Source: an uncultured Fibrobacteraceae bacterium
GTDB taxonomy: Bacteria > Krumholzibacteriota > Krumholzibacteriia > LZORAL124-64-63
Reading direction: 5' to 3'
NCBI GenBank assembly: GCA_964461255.1
Contig: CAYWTR010000003.1
Span: 91,144 to 155,143, forward strand
DNA: 64,000 nucleotides
A program made the position numbers and the translations under genes. Shown one piece after another: positions 37,064-46,611 of this stretch (position 1 is its first letter; every line of letters starts with the position of its first letter). The notes under the pieces were generated by a model. It saw only the letters and a program-made list of their open reading frames with translations, had not been told where the DNA came from and did no database searches.

Positions 37064-37783
37064 ATGCACGAGCAAACTGCTCGCTTTTGTTCCCGGCCGT
37101 GGCCGTCCTCCCTGCGCGCGACGCTGGCGACGATCGGCTGGCTGGGCCTGCTCGGCACCACGCCCTGGCTGCTGGCCGAACCGCAGGTGCCGTCCTGGCT
37201 GGCTCCGGCCCTGGCGCGCCAGGCCAGCGCCCCCCTTCGCGGGGATTACCCTGACAGCGTGCACGCCCGCCTGCAGGAGGACTTCGCGGCGGAGATTGCG
37301 TTCGCCGCCGATGCGCATCTGCGCACCCTGGCCACCGCCCACCGCCAGCCTGACCGCCTGCTGGCGCTGCCGTTCTTCGCGCTGCTGGCAGCCGCGCCGT
37401 GGCTGCCGTCGCGCGGTTTCGCCGCCCGCGGCCGCGCGGTGCGGTCGGCGCTCCTGGCGCTGATCCCCTTGCAGCTGCTGTTCCACGGCACGTCGGTGCA
37501 GCCCCTGCTGGGCGCCTGGATCGACCTCTGGGGAAACCTGACGCAGGCCTTGCTGACGATCCAGATCCTGGCGGATCGTTTCTTCACCGCGCGCGTCGAC
37601 CAGGCGGTCGTGCTCTTCTTCGCCGAGCAGTCGCCGCTGATCGAGGCCGCGCTGCTGCGTCAGCTCTGGGCGCTGCGCGCGGCAGATCTGCTGCTGGCGG
37701 CAGTCGAGGCGGCGCTGTTGTTGTGGCTCGCGCGCTGGGTTCGTCGGGCCGAGGGCGCGCCGCCAACAACTCCGACAGCGTGA
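37064..37783 (+). CDS. Hypothetical membrane protein
   Basis: ATG with a GAGG RBS, several hydrophobic segments and host-like codons; no family recognised. Confidence 0.6.
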   Translation: MHEQTARFCSRPWPSSLRATLATIGWLGLLGTTPWLLAEPQVPSWLAPALARQASAPLRGDYPDSVHARLQEDFAAEIAFAADAHLRTLATAHRQPDRLLALPFFALLAAAPWLPSRGFAARGRAVRSALLALIPLQLLFHGTSVQPLLGAWIDLWGNLTQALLTIQILADRFFTARVDQAVVLFFAEQSPLIEAALLRQLWALRAADLLLAAVEAALLLWLARWVRRAEGAPPTTPTA

Positions 37784-38735
37784 CCAGGCGGATGCCTGCC
37801 GCCTGCAGACGCGGCAGTTCCACCTCGAGCGCCGCCAGCGTCGCGGCATAAGGATGCCCGATGCCGATCGCGGCGCCCGTCCGCCGGGCCGCGAGCGCCA
37901 GGCGCTGCAGCCGCTGCGCCACAACGGACGCGTCGGGCCGACCCTCGTCCAGGAACAGGCGGTTGCTCAGGCACGGAACGCCGTGGCGCGCGGCGGCCGC
38001 CGTCGCGGCCGAGCGTGGCGTGGTCATGCTGTCCAGGAAGAACAAGCCGCGCATGGCCAGCGCCGCCATCAAGGCGTCCATGACCGCGGGATCGGCCGTG
38101 GCGCGGCTGCCCATGTGGTTGCTGACGCCGGCGGCCTCGGGCAGATCGTCGAGCGCGGCCGCGAGCCGCTCCGCGACCTCGCCGGCACCCATGCCGCAGA
38201 GCACCGCCCCTCGGCCGGGATCGACCTCGGGATAGCCTTCCGGCTCCATGGGCAGGTGCAGGATGACCTCGCGGCGCGCGGCCGCGGAGGAGCGTTCGCG
38301 GGCCGCCTGCGCGAAGCGACGGGTGTGGCGCTGGCCCGGCAGGATGGCCAGCGTCAGCGGCGCGTCCAGCGCCAGCAGCGCCCGGGTGACCTCGTTGTCG
38401 TGATGCCCCCAGTCATCGATCACCACCGCCAGCGCCGGTCCCTCCGGGTCCCGCGGCGCCTCCGGCCCGGGCGCCCGCAGGCCGTCCGAGGTGCGCGCGC
38501 GCTCTGCCTCCGAGCGGTCCGCCGCGCGCCGCTCTGCGACCGCGCCGCCCCCGCCGCTCGCCGCGGGCGGCGCCGCGGACCTCTCTTCCCGCGCGCACCC
38601 GCGCGCGAAGAACACGCCGGCGCCGAGCAGCAGCGCGGCGAGCCCGATCCAGGCCAGGCGGGGCCGGACCGCAAGGCGGCGGCGGCGCGGCCGGCGGAGG
38701 CGCCGGGCCCGGCTGGGGCTGGCTTTGGAATTCAC
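37584..38735 (-). CDS. Divergent polysaccharide deacetylase family protein (YibQ/DUF610)
   Basis: LAVVIDDWG, LTLAILP, EVILHLPMEP, GVSNHMGS, FFLDSMT, FLD and AIGIGHP; N-terminal TM anchor. Start uncertain. Confidence 0.88.
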   Translation of the reverse strand: MNSKASPSRARRLRRPRRRRLAVRPRLAWIGLAALLLGAGVFFARGCAREERSAAPPAASGGGGAVAERRAADRSEAERARTSDGLRAPGPEAPRDPEGPALAVVIDDWGHHDNEVTRALLALDAPLTLAILPGQRHTRRFAQAARERSSAAARREVILHLPMEPEGYPEVDPGRGAVLCGMGAGEVAERLAAALDDLPEAAGVSNHMGSRATADPAVMDALMAALAMRGLFFLDSMTTPRSAATAAAARHGVPCLSNRLFLDEGRPDASVVAQRLQRLALAARRTGAAIGIGHPYAATLAALEVELPRLQAAGIRLVTLSELLAARPRPDEPSARATTTAPPRLPPAADLPRAAPRADAAARPRSAATARRRRARPPGRRAR

Positions 38736-38857
38736 CCGTCGCGCTCCCTGCCAAGGCGGCGGAACGACCGCCCCGGCCGTGCTCACGGCGGCAGCCGAGG
38801 AAAGGGGAGCCCCTCCGGACTCCCCCTGGGCGGTGGCCTGCGGCGCGCGCGCCGCTG

Positions 38858-39469
38858 CTAGTTGCTCTCGGTCAGGTCGCGCTGTCCGCGCAGCTGGTAG
38901 AACGACCTGGTCACTCCGTTGACCACCGAATCGCGGGCGACCACGTAGAATTCCTGCTGGCCGCGGACGCTGATCCGGCTGTTGTCGCTCTTGATGAAGT
39001 TGATCTCGACCTGGTACAGCTTGCGTTGCGAGTTCGGGAATTCCGGATCGGTCGGGCCGGTCTGCGACCAGGGCCCGAGCGGGTTGAACAAAGGCATCTG
39101 AATCTGGGAGATGCCGAGCACCTGCGCCCCCGTGTGATCCTGGCCGGGCCTGCCGCTGAAGATATTGTCCGCGATCTCCAGCTCCTGGTCACGGTTGTAG
39201 GGATCGGTCGGGAAGAGCGCCCTCTGGATATCCTCGCTGGTGAACAGGAAACGGAAGTCGGTGTGCAGGACATCGCGGTACTTGGCGACGTCCATCTCCG
39301 TGTAGGCCGCCTTGAAGTTTTCGATCAGCTGATCCGGGGTGTCGGGGAACGGCACCGGCGGCGGAGGCGGACGCCGATCGTCGCCGCCGTCGTCCGGCGA
39401 GAAGATGCAGCCCGCCGCGCCCAGCGCAAGCAGGGCGGCGGCCGCCATCACGGTCATCCTGGCATTCAT
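38858..39469 (-). CDS. Lipoprotein of unknown function (NTF2-like fold inferred)
   Basis: Lipoprotein signal ending LGAAGC; PDTPDQLIENFKAAY...D...Y.DVL..DF.F. Confidence 0.75.
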   Translation of the reverse strand: MNARMTVMAAAALLALGAAGCIFSPDDGGDDRRPPPPPVPFPDTPDQLIENFKAAYTEMDVAKYRDVLHTDFRFLFTSEDIQRALFPTDPYNRDQELEIADNIFSGRPGQDHTGAQVLGISQIQMPLFNPLGPWSQTGPTDPEFPNSQRKLYQVEINFIKSDNSRISVRGQQEFYVVARDSVVNGVTRSFYQLRGQRDLTESN

Positions 39470-39569
39470 GGCTTCGAAACCTCCGGCGTCAATCCGGGCT
39501 CGCGGCCCATGGCCGCGCCGCAGTCGCTATGGCCTGGAAGTGAAATGAGTATAGTCTAGCAAGCTGTGC

Positions 39570-40427
39570 CTAGCCACCCCCCCCTGCCAGGGCCCCGCGC
39601 AAGGCGCCGAGCGTGGGCAGCAGGGCGCCGTCGCCGGGATCGGCTTCCCCTTGCACGTCGCGCCATTCGGTCATGTACCAGAAAGAGCCCTCGAGCGCGT
39701 AGCGGAAGAAGGCCCGTCCCCGATACCGCGTGGCGGTCGTCTGCCCGGGGCTGGTCACCGCAACGGCGTAGATGAATTCCCATTCCGCCTCGGTGCCGGT
39801 CGGTTGTTCGGCAAATACCGTGACGGTCCTTAGCGCCGATTCGACGTTGCTGACGTTGTTGAAAAGCGCATTGATGAAGCCGGCCTCGCGGTCTCGGGTC
39901 CAATTGTCCCAGTCGACGGCCGGGTAATCGCTCAGGGTCTGACCGTCCGGTTCGTAGCGGAAGCCGGAGGATATCTGGTCCAGGTAGCCCACCGCGTCGC
40001 GCGCCCGCAGGGCGATGTCCAGGTTCTCCATGACCGCTTCCGGGCTGATCTTGGGACTGTAGGTCCGCGTGCCGCCGGTCGGCGGTTCGGCCGAGCGCGG
40101 CTCGAACAGGCAGCCTCCCGCGCCCAGACAAAGCAGCAGGCACAGGGCCGCGCCGCGCCGGCGGGCGCTCTCCGCCCGCCCGCCGGCGGGAATCCGCCTC
40201 GCCGCCGCCCGGATCGCAAGGCCCGGGTTGTGCCGCGAAGATTGTGTCCGGATCGGCCGGGTGACAAACCGCCTTGGTGTGCTTGGGCTTGCCGTTGCAG
40301 AGTCCGATCCTCCGGTTCCGGCCCTTCCCGAAGCCAACTCATTGTGCCGAAATGGATTGTGCGGTTTCTCCTCGCCGGCGACACCCTGCCGGAAACAATC
40401 TTCGCGGCACAAGTCAAGGCCCGGCAT
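39570..40427 (-). CDS. Lipoprotein paralog of 38858-39469, carrying a 66-codon in-frame insertion near its N-terminus
   Basis: The ATG at 40427 overlaps the upstream stop (TGATG). LCLLLCLGAGGC lipobox-like motif; SPEAVMENL..A...D...Y.D.I...F.Y aligns with the neighbouring lipoprotein. Confidence 0.7.
   Translation of the reverse strand: MPGLDLCREDCFRQGVAGEEKPHNPFRHNELASGRAGTGGSDSATASPSTPRRFVTRPIRTQSSRHNPGLAIRAAARRIPAGGRAESARRRGAALCLLLCLGAGGCLFEPRSAEPPTGGTRTYSPKISPEAVMENLDIALRARDAVGYLDQISSGFRYEPDGQTLSDYPAVDWDNWTRDREAGFINALFNNVSNVESALRTVTVFAEQPTGTEAEWEFIYAVAVTSPGQTTATRYRGRAFFRYALEGSFWYMTEWRDVQGEADPGDGALLPTLGALRGALAGGGG
40227..40414. mobile_element. Putative MITE/palindromic element (188 bp)
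   Basis: 24-bp inverted repeats at 40228-40251 and 40389-40412 (1 mismatch), flanked by a 10-bp direct repeat CAAGGCCCGG at 40217-40226 and 40415-40424. About 61% GC by hand count (114/188), visibly lower than the flanks. Confidence 0.65.
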
Positions 40428-42526
40428 CAGAACCTCCAATTCAGCGACACATCCGCGTCCCAGTAATCGGCGTTGGTGCGCTGGACGTTGGGGCCGTAGG
40501 CGTTGTACTTGCGCACCGCGGCCTTCAGTTCCCGGCCGCCGCCGCTCCATTTCTTGTTGAAGGTGCCGCCGAGCCAGACCTTGCCGCTGCGCAGGTCGGT
40601 GGTGGTGACCCGACGGCCGAAGGTGTCCTTGATGTCCTTCGTGCGGTCGCTGGCGCCTTCGATCTTGAAGCTGTCGTTGATCTTGTAGGCTAGCCCGAAA
40701 TCGATGGTCGAAATGCGCTGCTCCAGGTCGCGGCTGTAGAAGTCATTGCCGCTGGCGTCGGTGAATACACGCGTGGCGTTGAAGCGCGCGTTGTAGTCGT
40801 GGCGCACGCTCAAGGTCAAACGTTGGTTGGGGCGTATGGTCACGCGCGTGTTCAGGTTTCCGCGCTTGTTGTAGTTGTCGCTGACGCTGACCCCCGCCAG
40901 GCCCGAATAGAGGTAGTCGGTGTACTCGATCGATACGCGGAAATCCTGCTGCAGGCGCAGCCAGCCGGCAATCGGCCAGGAATAGCTGGGTACCACCTCG
41001 TAGGTCTCCCGCACGCTGTTGTTGGCCGACCGGCTGCTGCGGATGGCCACGTCCTCGATGTGGCGCGCCGAGAAAGTCATCGTCGGCTTGAAACCGCCGG
41101 GCAGATCCGAGGTCAGACGCGCCACGAAGCTGCTCTCGTAACGGTCGCGGTCGTTCTCGTTGAACTGGCGCTCGGCGATGTCCTGCTGCAGACCCGTGGT
41201 CCAGTTGAAATTCCATTCGGTGTTCTTGAAGAGCCGCCGCCGCCATTCGAACGTGAAATCGCGCCGCTTGGTGTACTGCCGTCCGCGGGCGGCGGTGGCG
41301 CCGCGGAACACCTGGTCGTCCCAGCGCCAGCCATAGACGTAGCTGACGCGCAGGGAGTCGGCTCCGACCCTCGCGCCCGCGCTCAGATCGACCCTGTCCT
41401 GAAGCCGCTCGCGGAAGCCGGCGTTGCTGGCCCGGAAGCTGTTCTCCTCGACATCGCGCCCCAGATTGGCCGCCAACCTGAACCGGCGATGCCGGTACTG
41501 CTGGCGCAATTCGTAGGAAAGCGCCTCGTTGGTCTCGAGTTCCTGCACGATCTTCTCGCTCACCCCGACCGTGTCGACCAGGCCGTTGGCGTTTCGCCGG
41601 TAGTCCAGGTACTTCTTGCTCAACGATCCTCGCCGGATCGACAGGAAACCGTCGTATCCGCCCAGTGTGACGCCGGCCCGGCCCGCCAGCGAATCCTGGC
41701 TCGCCGAGGAGGGATTCGTCTCTTCGCCGAGCGAGCGGCGGCCGCTGTTGGCGCCGCTGTAGATGGTGGAACTGATGCGCAGGCCCGGCACGGGCGAATA
41801 GCGGCTGCGCAGGGCGGCGTTGAGATTGGATTCGCTGAAGTTGTTGCGCTGGCCCAGGCTGGCCCCGCGCTGGTCGTCCAGCGAGCCGCTCAGGCGCACG
41901 GCGTGGCGCACGGGCCCGGTGCGGGTCCCCAGGCTGTCGAGATCCACGGACGCCTGCTTGAAATCGCGCTTGTTCACGTTGGCGATGCCCGCCGTGTTGA
42001 CGGTGCGATCTTCGCTCCAGTTGTTGGTCATGCGCAGCGACGTGCTGAACCAGCGTCCTTGCGGATCGATGTAGGTCAAGTTGCCGTCGCGACGTTCGAC
42101 GGTCTTGTCCTGCTTGCGATAGGACTCGGTCGAGTAGTTCAGGTTCGCCGAGAGATTGTTCGATCCGCGCAGCAGCAACGCGTTGCGCAGCTCGCCGTAC
42201 CAGCGGACGCGGCTGACCTCGGCGCGCACCCCGACTTGAGGGTCGCGCACCCAGGACAGGATCAATCCCTGGCTTCCTTCCGCGGCTGCTCGCTGCATGG
42301 CCTCCAACAGCTCCGAACCCAGGCCGCCGGTGGCGGCCATGATGCTGTCCTCGCGCGCCGCCGCCAGGCTGTCCGCCAGGGCGCGCGCCGCGCTCTGTTC
42401 CTCGTCCTCGAACTCGTCGAACTGCGCCGCGGCCGGCCAGGCCAGCAGCGCCGCCGCCGCCAACGCCGCCAACGCAGCGCTCGCGGCCGCCGCCGCGCGC
42501 CGCCCAATCGCCCCACGGCGCCTCAC
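40427..42526 (-). CDS. Predicted outer-membrane beta-barrel protein of unknown function (699 aa)
   Basis: The GTG overlaps the rsmA stop (GTGA) with a GGGGAGG RBS. Signal peptide (LLAWPAAA|QF), alternating amphipathic strands and a C-terminal beta-signal DVSLNWRF. Confidence 0.75.
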   Translation of the reverse strand: MRRRGAIGRRAAAAASAALAALAAAALLAWPAAAQFDEFEDEEQSAARALADSLAAAREDSIMAATGGLGSELLEAMQRAAAEGSQGLILSWVRDPQVGVRAEVSRVRWYGELRNALLLRGSNNLSANLNYSTESYRKQDKTVERRDGNLTYIDPQGRWFSTSLRMTNNWSEDRTVNTAGIANVNKRDFKQASVDLDSLGTRTGPVRHAVRLSGSLDDQRGASLGQRNNFSESNLNAALRSRYSPVPGLRISSTIYSGANSGRRSLGEETNPSSASQDSLAGRAGVTLGGYDGFLSIRRGSLSKKYLDYRRNANGLVDTVGVSEKIVQELETNEALSYELRQQYRHRRFRLAANLGRDVEENSFRASNAGFRERLQDRVDLSAGARVGADSLRVSYVYGWRWDDQVFRGATAARGRQYTKRRDFTFEWRRRLFKNTEWNFNWTTGLQQDIAERQFNENDRDRYESSFVARLTSDLPGGFKPTMTFSARHIEDVAIRSSRSANNSVRETYEVVPSYSWPIAGWLRLQQDFRVSIEYTDYLYSGLAGVSVSDNYNKRGNLNTRVTIRPNQRLTLSVRHDYNARFNATRVFTDASGNDFYSRDLEQRISTIDFGLAYKINDSFKIEGASDRTKDIKDTFGRRVTTTDLRSGKVWLGGTFNKKWSGGGRELKAAVRKYNAYGPNVQRTNADYWDADVSLNWRF

Positions 42527-43362
42527 GGCGCCGCCTCCCCGGGCAGCTGCGCGGCCAGGGCGCGCAGCCCCGCCGGCGCGATCTGCTCCGGGCGCTGCGC
42601 CGGATCCAGGCCGGCGGCCGCCGCGGTGGCCGCCGCGTCCGCGGGGGTCATCCCCCAGCCCGCGCGGAGCGCACTGCCGAGCTGCTTGCGGCGGCGGGCG
42701 AACAGGGTCTTGACCACCGCGCGGTAATGCGCCAGTTCGGCCGGCGGCCAAGGCGGCCCCGCCGGCACCAGCCGCACGACGGCCGACTCCACCTCGGGCC
42801 GCGGCCAGAACACCTCTGGCGGCACGCGGCGAAGAGCGCGGATCTCGAAAAGCGCTCCCAGCAGCGCCGCCAGCACGCCGTAGGTCCGGCCGCCCGGCGC
42901 AGCGGTCATGCGCTCGGCGACCTCGCGCTGCACCATCAGAACGGCTCCTGCCAGGCCCTGGCGCCACTCAGCCAGGGCCAGCAGCACGCTGCTGGTCAGC
43001 ACGTACGGCAGGTTGCCCGCCACGACCGGCCTCGGTCCGGCGGCGTCCAGCACCGCCGGCCAATCGAGGCGAGTCAGGTCCTCCTCCAGCAGGCGGAAGC
43101 CTGGGCTGCTCCCCAGCTCGGCCCGCAGGAGCGCGCACAGCTGCCTGTCCACCTCGACCGCCGTGACCGCGGCTCCCGCCGCGAGCAACGGCGCGGCCAG
43201 CGCGCCCGCGCCGGCCCCCAATTCCAGCACCCGCGTTCCCAGCGCGAGCACCTCGGCGGCGATGGCGCGAGCCAGGTTGGCGTCGAGCAGGAAATTCTGC
43301 CCCCGCCGCTTCACCGGCCGAATGCCGTGGGCTCGCAGAAGCGCTAGCTGGCTGCGGCTCAA
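42523..43362 (-). CDS. rsmA: 16S rRNA (A1518/A1519) dimethyltransferase
   Basis: KRRGQNFL.D, VLELGAGAGAL, AVEVD, VAGNLPY, MVQREVAER, YGVL and FWPRPEVESAVV; TTG start with GGAGG. Confidence 0.95.
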   Translation of the reverse strand: MSRSQLALLRAHGIRPVKRRGQNFLLDANLARAIAAEVLALGTRVLELGAGAGALAAPLLAAGAAVTAVEVDRQLCALLRAELGSSPGFRLLEEDLTRLDWPAVLDAAGPRPVVAGNLPYVLTSSVLLALAEWRQGLAGAVLMVQREVAERMTAAPGGRTYGVLAALLGALFEIRALRRVPPEVFWPRPEVESAVVRLVPAGPPWPPAELAHYRAVVKTLFARRRKQLGSALRAGWGMTPADAAATAAAAGLDPAQRPEQIAPAGLRALAAQLPGEAAP

Positions 43363-43564
43363 ACGGCCGGCCTCCCCAGCGTCCGGTTCCGCCGTCGCAC
43401 GGAGCCTCGCGGCCGCTTCCTGGCGACCTCCGCGTCCGGCGGCGGCGGCGATGACTGGACCGTTGACGGTGCGGCCGGCGAGGCCGGCGGTCGCGTTAGC
43501 GAAGCAGCTTGCGGAGCACCCTCCCGCGGGGGGCGAGGTCAGAAGAGAGGCTTGATCGCTCTTG

Positions 43565-43593
43565 ATCTTACCAGCAAGCGCATCAGGTGTCAA
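43565..43593 (-). promoter_or_regulatory. sigma70 promoter upstream of rsmA, at the tatD 3' end
   Basis: Minus-strand TTGACA-17 nt-TAAGAT. Confidence 0.75.
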
Positions 43594-44414
43594 GAGCACG
43601 CCTCCCCGCCACCCTCCGGCGCAGGCATCCGAAACAGCCGGGCGAAGGCGCGAGAAGTCAAGCGGCCGATGGCCGGCGCGTCAAGTCCCAGGATTTCGCC
43701 GACGCGCGCCGCCACCAGCGGCAACCACGCCGGTTCGTTGCGGCGGCCGCGGTGCGGAACGGGCGGCAGCCACGGCGCGTCGGTCTCGAGCAGAAGTCTG
43801 TCCGCCGCGCACCCCGCGACGATCGCCGGCAGCCGGCTCTTCGGATAGGTGATCGGGCCGCCGATGCCGAGCAAGAAACCGTGCCGCTGCGCCCAGGCGA
43901 CCGCGTCCGCGTCCCCGGAGAAGGCGTGCAGGACGCCTCCCCGGGGCGGCACGCCGGCCGCCTCGACGGCGTCCAGCGCCTCCGGCCACGCGTCGCGCAC
44001 ATGCAGGATCACCGGCAGGTCGAGTCGCCGCGCCAGGTCGACCTGCGCCGCCATCGCGGCTGCCTGCGCCGGCCGCGGCGACAGATCGCGGTAGAAATCC
44101 AGGCCGATCTCGCCGATCGCCACCACCCCCGGGCGGACAGCCAGTTCGGCCAAGCGCTCCAGCAGGCGCAGCCCTCCGCGGGTGACGCGCCCGTCGGCTC
44201 CGGCCACGCTCGCCGCGTCATGAGGGTGAATACCGACCGCCGCCACCACGCGTGGATCCGTCTGCGCCAGGGCGACGGCCCGCTCGCTGCTGGCCAGATC
44301 GTAGCCCACGTTCAGCAGCAGCCGCACGCCGGCGGCCGCGGCGCGGTCCATGACGGCGGCGCGGTCGCCGGCGAACTCGTCCCGATCGAGATGGACATGG
44401 CTGTCGATGAACAA
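43590..44414 (-). CDS. tatD: TatD-family DNase
   Basis: FIDSHVHLD, VGIHPH, AIGEIGLDF, PVILHVRDA, GVLHAFSG and LLLETDAPWL.P...RG.RNEP. Confidence 0.95.
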   Translation of the reverse strand: MFIDSHVHLDRDEFAGDRAAVMDRAAAAGVRLLLNVGYDLASSERAVALAQTDPRVVAAVGIHPHDAASVAGADGRVTRGGLRLLERLAELAVRPGVVAIGEIGLDFYRDLSPRPAQAAAMAAQVDLARRLDLPVILHVRDAWPEALDAVEAAGVPPRGGVLHAFSGDADAVAWAQRHGFLLGIGGPITYPKSRLPAIVAGCAADRLLLETDAPWLPPVPHRGRRNEPAWLPLVAARVGEILGLDAPAIGRLTSRAFARLFRMPAPEGGGEACS

Positions 44415-45393
44415 ACGGCCCCCTCAATGGCGCTTGCCCCCGCACCCGCGCGCCGATTGCGCGCGCGGCGAGGGCAGATCCTGCGCCCTGTCCCATTGCA
44501 GGGAGGCCGCTGGCAGGACGGCGGTTTCGGCGGGTTCAGGCGTGGAAAAGAACACCGTGACCAACTCGCGCACCAGATCGAGCTTGCGCACGACGCCCGC
44601 GCGGCCGGCCGCAGCGACGGTGGCGCCGATCCGCGGCAGCCGCGACTGCGCTGCCAGGTAATCGGCATGCTCGAACGCAAGGCAGCAACGCAGCCGCCCG
44701 CACAGGCCCGAAAGCTTGATCGGGCTCAGCGGCAGCTGCTGTTCCTTCGCCATCTTCAGCGTGACCGGGGCGAAATCATCTAGGAAACTGCTGCAGCACA
44801 GCTCGCGTCCGCAGAGACCGAGACCGCCTTGCAGGCGCGCCTCGTCCCGCACGCCGATCTGCCGCAATTCGATGCGCGTGCGGAAGACCGCCGCCAGATC
44901 CTTGACCAGTTCGCGGAAATCGACCCGCTTGTCCGCGGTGAAGTAGAAGGTGATCTTGTTGCGGTCGAAGCGGCGCTCCACCGACACCAGTTCCATCGGC
45001 AAGCGGCGCGCCTGGATCTTCTCGCGCGCGAGGTCGAAGAACTCCCACTCATCGGCGCGGTTCTCGTGCAGGCGGGCCAGATCCTCCGCTCGCGCCAGCG
45101 CGAGCACGCCCTGCTCCGTCGCTTCTCGCCACCAGCGAGGCTTGCCGGAGCCGACGTACGTGGCCTGTCCCAGATCGCGTCCCCGGTCAGCCTCGACCAG
45201 GCAGTAGTCGCCAACCTCCACCGGCACGCGCAAGCGGTTGTTGTAATAGCTCTTGCGATGGCCCTTGAACTGCACGATCACCAGCGAGACGCCCGCCGGG
45301 ATTTCCGCCGGCTCGCTCTCGCGGCGGGTTCGCGCGCGCCGCCCGCGGCGGGCGCCGCCGCGTGCCTCCGGACCTTGCGCGCCGCTGGAGCTT

Positions 45394-46593
<1,200 letters not shown>

Positions 46594-46611
46594 GGAGAAC
46601 CCTCCGTCCGT

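Noticed and set aside
43363-43560. 6S RNA or SRP RNA between tatD and rsmA
   Set aside because: Neither the SRP domain IV consensus nor a convincing end-to-end 6S rod was recognisable.
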